DNA from: Octopus vulgaris
Lineage: Eukaryota
Direction: 5' to 3'
Length of the DNA: 64,000 bases
Assembly: GCA_951406725.2 (NCBI GenBank)
Contig: OX597817.1
Span: 103,106,001-103,170,000, forward strand
Shown here: positions 10,325 to 23,865 of the stretch, in pieces
How the letters are laid out: every line of letters starts with the position of its first letter
How positions within the stretch are numbered: the first letter of the stretch is position 1
The notes under the pieces: generated by a model
What the model saw: the letters and a program-made list of their open reading frames with translations, nothing else
Database searches by the model: none
What the model was told of the DNA's origin: nothing
Translations under genes and position numbers: made by a program

Positions 10325-11420
10325 ATCAATATCGATAGCACGCTCTATAACCGTAGTTTCGAGAAGCTATTAGGAATTTTCCAAAGAATTCTAGGTATTA
10401 CTCGATTATCAACTTGCACAAGGTTAGGATTGGTTTTTCCAACGCAAAAAAATCTCTCACAAATTATCTTCTCACATAATATTAGTCTGTTAAATAAGAA
10501 TCCAATTACTAATACTGACATTAATTTAGCTAATACTAATCATCCCCCTAGAAATATTAATAGCAAGGTCATTGTCTCTGAAGTCAATTCAAACAGAATT
10601 AAATTTATATCTAGTAATTCTAAGATTAAAAACTCTATATACCAGTGTAAAATGACTTCAGGTACCAGTGTCTTTTTTTTTATATAGGTAGTTCTTCTCA
10701 GTTATCTAAAAGAATTTCTAATCGTTACTCTACATTTAGGGATAGCAATAAACGCAACAGTACAGGGTTTAGTAAATTAATTTGGTATCTAAAAGACCAT
10801 AATAAACAATTTAATTTAGATTGGTTGATTCTCTTCATTTCACTTCCATATGGTAAAGGCAAAGAATTCTGCCAACTCTGTAATAGTGAACTATTTTCTA
10901 TTCTATTTTCTAAGAATCTCCTTGTAAACACGGTTATAGAGCGTGCTTATCGATGTAAACATTGGCAGGAACATACCTTTAGTTCATATAAGTGATATCT
11001 ACCATTATATATAATTTGAACATTGATTTTCTTCTTACGTTTCACTTCCACTAAATATATCTTTTTCCATTCCTTTAAGCTTTTATTTTAGCTCACATTT
11101 CGCTCTATATTTCTCATTTATTAGTTTTCTACTTATGTCTTTCTTTTACCCCTCCTCTTTCTATAGGCTACCTTTGACGTTATATCTTCTAACGGTTTTT
11201 AAAACAAAACTTAATAGCGTTCCGTTCATCATTATACACATCTATCACATTCTTTTAAAATGCCTTATTGATGAGTTTGGTTTCTTTCTTTCTTTCTTCT
11301 CCTGATGAGAAGATTACATTGTTTTACACAATTTTATTCCTTTGGAATAATACCAATGTTGTCTTCAAAACATATGTCGGAAATAAAAGAATTTGATTAA
11401 CACCTGCGTTTAACTCCATT
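10325..11420 (+). mobile_element. Penelope-like element 3' end: degenerate GIY-YIG endonuclease, 3' UTR and HHR
   Basis: SIYQCKMTS...YIGSSSQ...RISNRYSTFRDSNKRNSTGFSKLIWYLKD...LPYGKGKEFCQLCNSELFSIL across frameshifts. Confidence 0.75.
11297..11383 (+). ncRNA. Hammerhead ribozyme with long stem II; G12>A, probably inactive
   Basis: CTGATGA-GAAGA...TCTTC-AAAA-CATATG-TC-GGAAA; palindromic ACATATGT stem III and GUC site. Confidence 0.65.
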
Positions 11421-11539
11421 TATTTATTTATATATATTATACAAAATATTTCACATCAACCTGGAGTTTCTACCTTTACAAACAGGGTATTACATCCATA
11501 TTACTTGTGTGATTTTTTGCTGCCCTGAACAAGGGAAAA

Positions 11540-11619
<80 letters not shown>

Positions 11620-11783
11620 GCACACATATATATGAATCATGCACTTTTCCACGCTCACATGGATCATTTTCTATGGCTATATGCTAATCCCGTCGTTAAA
11701 CTTCACCTATTTTGAAGTAATACTTCATCATGCCCATATATGTTATTACTAACTTGACAGGTTAATTATCTTACAGGTACATT

Positions 11784-12912
11784 TGTAGCGTAGCTAGGTG
11801 ATATCCTCACTGTTTGAGAGATATATAAGAAATGATCTCGTGTTAGATAGCAACCATCTTCGGCTATTTTGACCCTGTTGTGTCTACTGCTCTGATTGGT
11901 TGACGTTGATGCAGTTTGTCTCTTGACTTATTTCGCGCCAGTGTGTAAGCCAACCAATCACAGCCTTCGGATAAGGTCCCATGACACAGTCTTTTTGGGG
12001 TTTCACTGGAGCCCACCTCAGGTTATAAAAGGCGCCAGCAAATCACTATTTCTCGTCTTTGGTTCCAGTCCTTCTCAGGACTAACCTCTGACTACAGAGC
12101 GACTCAACCATGTTCCAGTCCTCAGGACTAACCTCTGACCACAGAGCGACTCAACCAGTTCCAGTTCTAGCCAGTCAGTCATGTTCCTGCTCCAGCCAAT
12201 GACGACGCTAACATACACCAGCAACACAGGACGTTTCCACCACCGACGCCTTCATCTCAACGACGCCTTTCTCTGCCGTCGCAATCACCATCGCCGTCCT
12301 TCAACTTCACGTCGTCTCCATCTCCGTCGCCTTCATCTCCAGCAACACTAATACGTACACAGCACTCACTCAGGTTTAGCTTTCTCGCTGTTATGATTTT
12401 CACCGAGGTTTACAGCACAGCACTACCTGCGAGATCTTCTGTACCAATGTAACCTGGCACAGCATTGAAGCCACAACCGCTACACGACATGTGTTCAACC
12501 GGCATCTGCACTTGTGATCCCAACATCCTGTTACAGAACGAACTGCTATTATGTACTTTACTACGAACTGGTAAATTAACTCCATCTTGTCTGAAATACC
12601 CTGAGAGACTTTTTTCTATGCGCTGTATTTTGTTTTGCCCGCATACACCTTGTTTGTACTTCTGTCGCACACACGAGCACACAGACACAAACACTTGTCG
12701 CATGCACACAGACACTCCACTTTGCAAGCACCCATACTTTATCTTATTGTACACATCTCAAACAGTTAAACGGTTGTCGTCCTCATTATTCCTTTTGGCA
12801 TTTATTCATTTATATCATGTATTTGGCTTTTTCTTTTGATACGGCAACCATGAGGCGTTAAAAAGGAGGCATTTCTGCCACCAACTCCTTACGTACGGTC
12901 GTTTTCCCTACA
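11784..12912 (+). mobile_element. Solo LTR (about 1.13 kb)
   Basis: TGTAG...CTACA termini; 4-bp TSD CATT at 11780-11783 and 12913-12916; CCAAT near 11954 and TATAAAA near 12024; internal tandem duplication at about 12062-12160. Confidence 0.85.
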
Positions 12913-13437
12913 CATTCTTTTTATACTTATAATATGCAAAATGTGAAAGTTATGAGAAAAGATTTGGCCTGTAATCAGTTTGTAGAGGGAAAAGTAAGAC
13001 AAGAGAAAAAGTAAAACCCTAGGATGTTACAAAAAAAATATTATCATATTTATATAATAATAAATATATTATATGAAAACAAAGAAATATATTTGTTTTC
13101 AATACACATATTATATGAAAACAAAGGGACACCTTTCAGCTTTTAGTTTACCCTCTGAATCTTTTCCCTCCTCTAAAAAACTACTGGTCCTGTGCCAAAT
13201 TTTGAGACCATTATTATCCAGCATCTTTCAAGGCTGTTTGCATAACATCTGTTTTGAGATAACCGCTAATGTCCCTCAAAATGCAGCCTGTTTCTCTTAA
13301 AGAAAAATGGAGCAATATTCGCTTAGAGCTGGAAAAGGGGTTGTTTTAAACTCTGCTTTTTCCTATTTTTTTCTCCCCTTCAGTCTCTCTTTAATCTTTG
13401 GTTTCTCTGGAATAATGAGAGAGAGAGAGAGAGAGAA

Positions 13438-13473
<36 letters not shown>

Positions 13474-13474
<1 letters not shown>

Positions 13475-13746
13475 AATTGCAGCGTGGGAGGTGTTTATAA
13501 GCCATTTAAGAAACACACAAAAGCCGTTCGATTCACTCCAACAAGATGCAGCACGGACTTTGTCAGTGAACAGGTCGCGGATTTTAGCGACGAAAATATT
13601 TTGACAAATTAAACTTAAATGTTGGAGTGAATCGAACGGCTTTTGTGTGTTTCTTAAATGGCTTATAAACACCTCCCACGCTGCAATTGTTTTCGTTTCA
13701 GCACACGATCTCAGATCAAATTACTTGCTATGCGAGTACATCTCCG

Positions 13747-13747
<1 letters not shown>
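13474..13747 (+). mobile_element. Young Penelope-type insertion in (TA)n: perfect 70-bp inverted repeat flanking an HHR
   Basis: 13474-13543 is the exact reverse complement of 13620-13689; (TA)n on both sides. Confidence 0.8.
13559..13608 (+). ncRNA. Variant hammerhead ribozyme with G3-C8 core
   Basis: Stem I TTTGTCA/TGACAAA, core GTGAACA, stem II GTCGC/GCGAC, GAAA, palindromic AATATT, then U17. Confidence 0.7.
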
Positions 13748-13787
<40 letters not shown>

Positions 13788-14390
13788 GCGACGTGGAGAG
13801 AGAATGATGGCTTCTGTTTGAGTTGGGGTTTAGGGTTAGGATTAAGGTTTAACTTGTCGTCAAAGAAAATACATTGGCTAAAACAGTGATTCCTAACTTT
13901 TTCGGACTGTTCCCAGACCACGTTTCAAGCGAACCACACACACACCACCACTACCTCCACATCACCATAAACCATAGATCTCGTTTTCAGCAAATTCAAA
14001 ACTGTATTTCACGAATTAAACTTAAGCTTATAGACCCATTATTTTGCTGTTTTTACAATATGGATGCAAATTTACATCTCAGTTGTAACTACGTTGTTTT
14101 CATAGTTTTCATGGATGTACATTGTGCAGGGACATCAACTTCCAAACATCAGGCTGAAAGACACTAAAACGCAGTCTTAGATCGCCGCGTTCAATAATTT
14201 TCAATCTGATTTTATTTTGCTTAGAAAGAAGCTAAGCAGCTGTACTGAAGTCCTGCACTACTGAATATGACGTTGGGAAGGCAGTAACATACATCTTCAC
14301 TGTGTTTAACAGTGTAGGGTAGCAGGCAGAAAAGTCGTTTTGCAATAAAAAAAAATCCTGAGATTATTTTTTGAACTTTTGCCTCAGCAT

Positions 14391-14765
14391 CCATAAGAGG
14401 CATCCATCATAGGACACCTGGCATGCTAGAAGGAACAGCCAAAATCCAAACTACTGAGGGACAAATTTCGATGGGAATGAAAAATAAAAACATTACCATC
14501 TATCTCCTGAACCATGGTTTCTGACTTTATATTAGCAAATAGATTGCTTCATATTTATATGTTTAATCTAGGCATACCTGTTGATGAAGACTTCGCCTAG
14601 CAAATTATTTTATTTTTGCTAATATAAAGTCAGAAACCATGGTCCAGGAGATAGATGGTAAATGTTTTTATTTTTCATTCCCTTTGAAATTTGTCCCTAA
14701 AAGTGGTTTGAATTTTGGGTGTTCCTTCTAGCGTGCTAGGTGTCCTATGATGGATGCCTCTTATG
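14391..14765. repeat. About 150-bp inverted repeat; the right arm is duplicated again at about 15430-15745
   Basis: 14391-14541 is close to the reverse complement of 14612-14765; about 14570-14890 is a direct copy of about 15430-15745. Confidence 0.8.
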
Positions 14766-14990
14766 TGTTCAAATATACACTGTATTTATATGAATAATAT
14801 ATAGTCTATTGACTAATTTTTCTACATGCTAGGCCACTGGTATTAAAAATTTTAAAAAATTTTTCTTACCTTGTTATTATTAATTATTGATAATTTTTTT
14901 GCCAAATTTTCGAAGTAACGCTGGCATTATTTCATTTGCTGCCAACAAAAAAACTGCGCTTGTGTAGTGGATTTGAAAAATTATAATATA

Positions 14991-15382
14991 CTTGCAGTAT
15001 CGCCCGGCGTTGCTCGGGTTTTTTTCGACTCTTTAGAATTGGAATTTTTGAAAAGTAAAAATTTTGCATTATGTAGCTTGTTATTCTCTTTAAGTGAACA
15101 TTTTTCTGGTTGAAATACACCGAAAGATGGCGACGCAGCAGTCAAAAAATCGTAAAAAATAGGGATTTTCATAGAAAAAAAGCACCTTTTTGATGTAAAT
15201 AATTTTTGATGTTAACATGATCCGATTTGAATTTTTTCTTCTACAGAAGGAAGAGTAAGCCTTTTTCTATCATACTCTCAATTTTGGTCAACTTGCGCCG
15301 CAGGGTCTCGGAGGAGATAGTGTTAGTTGAAGGCTACCAAACCTGCCATACACAGACAACTTCAGCTTTATATATATAGAGA
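14991..15382 (-). mobile_element. Non-autonomous Helitron
   Basis: 5' TC(TC)TATATATATAAAG; 3' hairpin CCCGAGCAACGCCGGG followed by CAAG (CTAG variant); inserted at A|T. Confidence 0.8.
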
Positions 15383-15737
15383 TAAGCATGGTGCACATGC
15401 TGGATTCTCTGGTATTCATATATTTAAAATAGGCGTACCTGTTGATGAAGACTTCTCCTAACAAATTATTTTATTTGCTAATATAAAGTCAGAAACCATG
15501 GTCCAGGAGATAGATGGTAAATGTTTTTATTTTTCATTCCCTTTGAAATTTGTCCTAATAGTGGTTTGGATTTTGGGTGTTCCTTCTAGCGTGCCAGGTG
15601 TCCTATGATGGATGCTTCTTATGTGTTTAAATGTACATTATATTTATATGAATAATATATAGTCTATTAACTAATTTTTCTACATGCTAGGCCACTGGTA
15701 TTAAAAAAATTCTAAAATTTTTCTTACCTTGATACTA

Positions 15738-15811
<74 letters not shown>

Positions 15812-15822
15812 ATATATATATA

Positions 15823-15863
<41 letters not shown>

Positions 15864-15879
15864 AAATATATATATATGT

Positions 15880-17010
15880 AGAAGTTTGAAAAGGAACATA
15901 TAAGTTGATATGTGTATGGTAAACAAAACAAGGTAGAAAATGCTAAAATAATTTTATCGTGAAGAACATTTCAGTACTGGTTTCAGTCTTTGAGATTTTT
16001 TCATAAGTAAAGTATGAAATACAAATTAAAATGTGGAAAAATTAAATGAAATTTTAAAAAAATATTTCCATAGTTTTCAAATACAAGGGGCATTTTTCTT
16101 TTTCTCTGTCTGTATGTCTCTCTTTTTCATTCTTGTGGAGGCTTGGTAGTAGGTAGTAGGTAGGAGCAGTCCTAAAAGAATATTTGATATGAGTTCTTGG
16201 TTTTGATTGTTTGAGCAGCAGTAGCCGAGGAGGAGGAGGAAGAAGAAGAAGAAGAAGAAGAAGAAGAAGAGGGAGTAGGAAAAAAGAGAAAGAATAATAA
16301 GAGGGAGTAGGAAAAAAAAGAGAAAGAATAAGAAAAATACAGGAGTGGTATGACAGCAGTAGGATGTTGGTGGAATCATCTTAAATGGTCAAGTGACCTG
16401 TTGTCTTTGTAATAGTAGTGATTGGAAATATTCTGAATAAATTCATGGGTAGTGACTGTTCTGAATATATCATTTAAAATATTTTTATGGGTATTATTGT
16501 AAGGCCCTTGTAGTATTGTCATTTGTGGTGGATGCATTCAAAAGAGATTTATATTTTGTGATAAAATATGACTCTTTGCTAATGTGCTGATTATAGATTG
16601 CATCATCACTAAATTTATAGAGGGGAAAAGTTCTGAAGCTGGGTTCATTAGTGGAGCAAATGTCAATGTGTTTGCTGAATGCTATTTTTCTGTATTCCTG
16701 AATATTGATTTGGGATCTATGTAGAGTCACCTTTTGATGTAGTTTGTTTTTGGTTTGGACTATGTATTGCTCTTGACACCCTGAGCAAGTTAATACATAC
16801 ATTAGGTTTTCTGAAGAACATGTGAAGTTGTTTTTCACTGTAAAACATTGACCCTGTTTGATAGAGAACTCCGATCCCTCAATTAGGTTGACACATATAC
16901 CACAGTTAGGTCTTCTGCATTTCTGTACTGACGGTTTCAGTGTTGTTGTCAAAGGCATTATTATTAAGGGGGTTGTGTGCTTAGACAATCAAAACCAAGA
17001 ACTCATAATA
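15880..17010 (-). mobile_element. Penelope-like element (Neptune-type GIY-YIG) with 5' inversion
   Basis: ORF 16494-16988: CRRPNCGIC...FTCSSENLMYVLTCSGCQEQYIVQT. 16983-17007 is an inverted copy of about 16189-16212. Confidence 0.8.
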
Positions 17011-17899
17011 CATGAAATTCTACAAATAGCAGGGCCCAAAAGCATGACCTCTAGTCTTAAAATAAAAGACAATTGAAATTCTAGCACTAAAATCATCTTA
17101 TAATGCTATAAAGACTACAAACCCAATTTTATGATTAGCGCTGCCACTAAGGGCTTGGTTTTGATAATAATTCAATAGTTTAATCAATTAATGTGACAAT
17201 TTCTCATAAGACTGTACTGAGATTATAGTAAAAGGCTCCTGTCTACATTCCATATAACAGGGTTCAGCTTAGTACTTCATGATTGAGAAGCAAATCTCTT
17301 AACCACACAATCATGCCTGCATCGACAGAATGAATAATAGTAGCTAGAATAAGAAGGGGATGGAAAAAGTTCAGGTAATTGTTATTGCTACAAGAAACAA
17401 AAGTTTTTTCTTTCCATGCTAGAAGTAGATTGTATGAAATATAAGTAAAAATTGATGATAAGAATAGAAGCACATTGGCTGAAGAATCAGTATGTTTTGT
17501 CAGGTGTGAATTTATGTGAAAGGGAGAGGGGCAAGTGACTGGTAAAAGAAATCATTAGATGTATTTGCTTGTTAATATAGAAGAAGCTATATTAGCATAA
17601 GTAGTAAGAAAATCCTTCTCAAATACCACTCTGTCTTCTTAAAAAAGAAAATCTTGTATGATGTAGTTGTAGATATCTATAACTAAAATGATGAGTTGGT
17701 TGTGGTTGGAATACCTTTCACTTCAAAACAATAAACTGATATGAACTAGAAATAGCAGCCAAATGTCTCTGAAATCACACTGTACATTCTTTAAAAATAC
17801 TTCCTGGGTAATGTAATGTTGGAGTGAGTTTGATTTTAGGCCTGCTTGATGAATGACATGAGGGTAAGCATCATCATCATCACCATCATCATCATCAAT

Positions 17900-17937
<38 letters not shown>

Positions 17938-18169
17938 CAACAACAACAACAACAACAACAACAATTACAACAACATGAATAATGAAAATTTTTATTGAGT
18001 TCACAGTTCTTTTAAATTATCAATGGTGGAAAAAATAAAAATGAAAATTAGCCCAAAGCAATAAATAATTAAATGCGACAACAAAAAGTAATGTCTAGGC
18101 AAGGAGACATGTTAACATTAAAAAGTTATGATATAATTTTGAAGGGAATTTTAAATAATAATAATAATT

Positions 18170-18777
18170 TGCAAAAGCCTGGACCTGCCCCATGATAAAA
18201 ACTGGTGGGAACACAAACCACCTCCAGTGCTTGAAAATGATCAAATCTCACTCCTCTGGAACTTCACCATTCAAACTGACAGAAAGATAGATGCGAATGG
18301 GCCAGACATTATATTGAAAGACTTCAGACAAAAATCATGCCTCCTCATTGATATGACTGTCCCAATCGATATAAATATATCTGTCAAGACCTACCAAAAA
18401 CTGAGCAAGCATACAGATCTTGAAATAGAAATTGGCAAAATGTGGGACCTCAAGACTAAAACAATACCTGTTGTCATAGGTGCCCTAGGAATGATAGCAA
18501 AAGGGACTAGCTCAGATACCAGGAAACCCCAAAATGGCAGAAATTCAGAAGATAGTGCTCATAGGAAATGCCCATATCCTACGTAAAATACTGTCTGTGT
18601 AATCTCAAAATTTAAAACAAATTCATAATTTTCTTGTTTTCTTAAACATTTGACACCCTAGGCATAAGACCAACATGAACTTCCAACTTGTTGTCTCTTG
18701 AGGTCTCTGCATGAGACTTGGAACCAACTTGTACAAATACAAAGCAAAAGTCAAACATAATAATAATAATAATAATG
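18170..18777 (+). mobile_element. R4/Dong-type non-LTR retrotransposon 3' end (RLE)
   Basis: LLWNFTIQTDRKIDANGPDIIL...LLIDMTVP...KTIPVVIGALG; (TAA)n on both sides. Confidence 0.85.
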
Positions 18778-20115
18778 TTGATGATCTGATGCAGTACCAG
18801 GGAGTAGTTCTCATGGCTTCTCAATTTAACTGATTGGAAGTATTATCATGTACATTGTATTCCACTCAATACCACAGATTATACTCATTTTACCAACTCA
18901 TTAACCTCAATAATAAGCTGAGTACATTTTTCAGTATTGATTAGAATACACACATTCACATAATTCCTCTAGAAAGAATGTTTTTATTTGAAACATGAAT
19001 AGATATTCAGCTTCCTCATTAATACAGATGAGATAATACTACTAAAGAAAAACAGATTTTAAACAAATAATACCAATTAGAATGACAATTTTTTAGTATG
19101 GTGTACATGTTTGTACTTTAAATAGCCTGAGAGATATAACAGCAGAGTGATTATACTATGATATCAACTCATTTTACTTTTATTTTGTCTAAATTGCATG
19201 CCTTACTTCCCTTGCAATAGTCCATCAAAATGAAAATTGGGCACTGATTCTATTTCACATCATCATCATCATCTTCATTTTGATGTTCACTTTTCCATAC
19301 TTGCATGGATTAGATAAATTTTTACTGCAGAAAATTTTTCTACAGCTGGATACTCTACCTGTTGCTAACCCTAACTTAAATCCAAGTGAGGTAATACCTT
19401 TCTTTGTTCTTCAAATAATGAAGAGTTCAATAGCTGGACATGCTTTTGTGAAAATTGTATTACACTAACTTTTGCTTACAATTAGCACACTCATATCAGC
19501 ACAGGAGGAAACACGTACATTCATCCACATCCAAAAAACACATATAAATTTATAAATATAGGATGGGATTCCTCTAGTTTCTCTACCAAATTTCATTCAC
19601 AAAGCATTGGTTAACCTGTGGCTAGAATAGATGTCAGCCAGCAGTGTACATGCAGTGGGAATGAACCATAAACCATGTGATTCTGAAGCAAACTTTTTAA
19701 CCATATGGCCATAGCTGTACTTCATTGAATAAAATTGTTTCTAATTTAGGCACTATTCTAAAGAGGCAGTTAACTGATGCCATTGACCTCAGTATTTGAT
19801 CAGTGAATAAAATAAAAAATTAAAAATATTTACTTCAAAATTTTGTGGAAGTATTTGAATTTATGGACACTATAAAAAAAATGAAATATCACAGAACATA
19901 TATGAGTATATCTGAAAAAGTAGCACTAATAACTGAAACACTTAAAAGTTAAAAGTCAAAGCAAACGATATAGTATACGACAAAGATAGTGGTATCTTTA
20001 ATTTATATCACATTTAAGAGATTTCAAAAATCTCTGAAAACCATTTACCATTACCAAATCTCATGATACTATCATTTTTCTTACATCTTTATTGTTAGAA
20101 CAGTAACAACAGTTT

Positions 20116-21059
20116 TTATTTTCTTTTTCCCACTGATTTGGAAATTACTTTAGATTTTGAAGCTGAAAGAGGAATTGCATCCATGGAATGTGATAGATAT
20201 TTTTGGTAAAAAATTTCTTCATCTTCACGATTTTTCTTTTGTTTCAAACAAAGTCTATATTCCTCACAAAGACTTTTTTGAATCACAAACTGCAATTTTT
20301 GGGAGACTTTTTTGCATTGTTTTTCTACACCTTTTTGTTTAGTATTTGCAACATGATGTTCCTTTTTTGGTTTCTCCTTCTTTGCAAAACGTTCCAGGAA
20401 AGATAACTCTGCCTTTTCAGCATTTTTCTTCCAGTTCATAAGACAATGCTCTTTTTTCAGAGCTTGTATTAATTCATTATGCTTACCACCACTTTTAACT
20501 AGTTTTGTATCAGTGTCTCCATGATGACAATCAGTTTTCTTCATACTGTTATTACGCTTCATTTTCACATCTTTACTGTCATTCACATTTACTTTATTAC
20601 TGTGATCTTTTACTTTTTGTTTTTGCTTCGTAGCATTATTTATATTTGTCTTATTCAGTTTATTTATGGAATTTAAGGTAATTATTTTGTATAAACCTTC
20701 TTTCAACTCACACTCACTCTTAGATTTCAAAACAGAAAACTCATTAGCCAGACTGTAATAAAGCAATCTGTTCTTGTTTATTTTATTATCATTGCCTATC
20801 TTTTGATTGTATTTACTATTGTTGTTTGTTACGTCACTATGTTTGCAATCCTGAGCATTTTCTTTTTCATTCTGGAGCTCATTAGAATTAATATTATTGA
20901 ATGAATTAGATGTAGTTTTATCGTTTTCCCCTTGTTTATTCAAAAATGTATAATATATTGCTTCAGCTGAAATCTGAGAAAATTTCATTTGCAAAACCTT
21001 ACTTTCTTCTTTCAAAGCAATATATAAATCTTGTTTCCTTTCTCCTATCATGATGATAC
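20116..21059 (-). CDS. Terminal coding exon of an unknown K/N-rich protein (open for more than 311 codons)
   Basis: Long ORF in very AT-rich DNA; strong acceptor ttattttctag at 21060-21070 (phase 1); the paralog at 1-220 retains the same frame. No recognisable domain. Confidence 0.6.
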
Positions 21060-21621
21060 CTAGAAAATAATATAAAATAAATGAAATGTTACACTTAAAT
21101 TGCTACTATTGGGAGAAAGAAAATGTATAAATCATTTCAAACAAAAATATTTTAAAGAAAGATATTTAGACATAGGTGCTGGTGTGGCTGTGTGGTAAGA
21201 AGTTTGCTTCCCTACTATATGGTTCCAGGTTCAGTCCCACTGTGTGGCACCTAAGGCTCTGGGCCAACCAATGCCTTGTGAGTGGATTTAGTAGACAGAA
21301 ACTGAAAAGAAGCCCATCATGTATTATATAGATATATAAATAGATACCTATTGTGCCTTTGTGTCTGTGTTTGTACCTCAGTACTGCTTAACAACTGGTG
21401 TTGGTGTGTTTATGTCCCCATAACTTAATGGATCAGCAAAAGAGACTGATAGAATAATTACCAGGCATAAAAAAAATAATAAGTACTGGGGGCAAATCAT
21501 TTGACTAAAAATTCTTCTAGGAGGTGCCCCAGCATGGCTGCAATCAACATAAAAGATAAAAAAATGATTATATAAAACTATTCTGTTTTTTTGAGGAACA
21601 GTTTAACCTTTTGATTCGTAC

Positions 21622-21674
21622 CATTCTTGGTTCTATGTATTTTTATCCCAAAGAGGAATGAAGACAGATGAAAC
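21622..21674 (-). CDS. Candidate upstream exon of the orphan gene
   Basis: ttatttaag|G TTT CAT...AAG AAT G|gtacga reads FHLSSFLFGIKIHRTKN and joins the 21059 acceptor in phase. Confidence 0.3.
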
Positions 21675-21762
21675 CTTAAATAATTATATGCTTAATAGAT
21701 ATAATTCACTCATTAACAGATGGCTTTCTTTTAAAAACTCTTTGTTTAGATTTACAATTAGT

Positions 21763-21805
<43 letters not shown>

Positions 21806-22334
21806 CTGATTTTTGTGGATAGGCGTGTTCAAAATCTCAAATGAGTTCACATATTTTTAAGAACTATAATTTCAAGATTTCACAATTTTAACCCCATAAT
21901 CTTATAAAGCATAAATAATAATGTAAAATAATGTTCATAGAAACACATTTAACAATAATGCTAAATTAAAACATAGTATTTATGAGATAGCTTTGGGAAT
22001 CAGAAATCACACAATAAAAAAGTAAGTCACCATGCCATTTAACATCTACTTCTCTATACTTGCATGAGTTAGATGGAGTTTATCGAGGTGGATGTTCTAT
22101 GGCTGCGTACCCTTCCTGCCACCAAAATTCACCTGTTTCCAAACAAGATAATGTTTCTCCATGGCCAAGCATGTTCTTGTAGAATTTTGGAAATGAATGA
22201 TGCTGCATCTACTCTGTCCTAGAAGCAGCATCAATTATTTGCAACTATCGTATGATGTCAAGATAAAAGGACACAAATGCACACATACATACACATATAT
22301 ATATATGTATGTATATACATACATACATATATAT

Positions 22335-22365
<31 letters not shown>

Positions 22366-22410
22366 ATAGTGTACATTTAATAGTGTACATTTAATACCCA
22401 CTCCTACACC

Positions 22411-22442
<32 letters not shown>

Positions 22443-23865
22443 GCTTCTTTCAATTTATGCCTGCAAAATCCATCAACAAGGCTTTGGTCAGCCTGGGGCT
22501 ACACCAGAAGTCAATTGTCCAAGGTGTCACACAGTAGGAGTGAACACAGAGCCATATTGTTGGGAAGCAAACTTCTTACCACACAGCTTTGCTGCACCTA
22601 TCCATGTCCGTGCTTCAGATAAGAAAATTCAAGCATCAAAAAAATAAAAAAATAAATTAAGCACAGTTCACCTATCATTTTACTAGTGTCAATCAAAATT
22701 GCTTTTTGATATTTTGTTATTATTTTCATGTTTCTAATAAGAAATAATGGTCTCAAATTTTGGCAAAAGGCCAGCAATTTGGGGGAAGGAAGAAAAGTTG
22801 ATTATATTGACTCCAGTGTCCAATTGGTATTTTATTGATGAGTTATAGGGACACTATTTCATTATGCAACCATAATATACTACAAAGTATATTTATCAGT
22901 TCATAGTGTTCTATTGTGTTAGCAGTGCTATTACATCACTTATTAAGGTAATGTCTACAGATTTTCTATAGAAATTACAGCTAGCACTCATTTTGCTACA
23001 GCATTTCGTATCCAAGACACCTGATGTAAACAAAAATGAAATTGAAGATGAAAATGGGTAATGGGCATATATGCCATATTTCAGGAGGTTTTGCTCCATC
23101 ATCAGCACCCAGCCAACCCACTGATCATCCATGAACACAGTGCTTAAATAGCCACTAAATATAGTGGTGTAACATTATTGGATATACCAATTTTACATAT
23201 CAAACATTTCTGGAAGCTGGAACATAAATATTACTGACCTGTAGGGACACTGTATTTTGTTAAGCAACCATGATATACTACAAAGTATATTAACACTGTG
23301 TTCTATAATGTTATATATAGCGGCTTCTATATACGTGTTCTATAATGTTATATTATAGTGGCTTCTTTACTGGCTGTCCACAAATCAGTTCTTTGCTAAG
23401 GGTTATCATTGTCTTGATATTCGTTTTAAATTTTGGTGCAAGGCTAGCAATTTTGGGTGAGAGAGTAAGTCAATTACATCTACCCTACCGTTCAACTGGT
23501 ACTTATTTCACTGACCCAGAAAGGATGAAAGACAAAGTCGTCCTCAGTAGAATTTGAACTCAGATTGTGAAGGTAGATGAAATGGTGCAAAGCATTTTGC
23601 TTATTATACGAACAATTTTGCCAGGTTGCTGCCTTATCATTGTCTTAATATTGATGTTTGGTGACTAATTTATTGAATTCATGCATAGCTGTGAAGTAAG
23701 AAGTTTGCTTCCTAACTACATGGCCCTGGCTTCAGTCCTGCTGTGCAGTACTGTGTACAAATGTCTTCTACTAAAGTCTGTGGCTGACCAAAGCCTTGTG
23801 AGTGGATTTGGTAAATGGAAACTGAAAGAAGCCTCTCATATACAGAAGTGTATATAGAGATATAT

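Noticed and set aside
17868-17975. (CAT)(CAG)(CAA) run as a polyQ or polyA coding exon
   Set aside because: Compound microsatellite with no supporting splice sites or non-repeat coding context.
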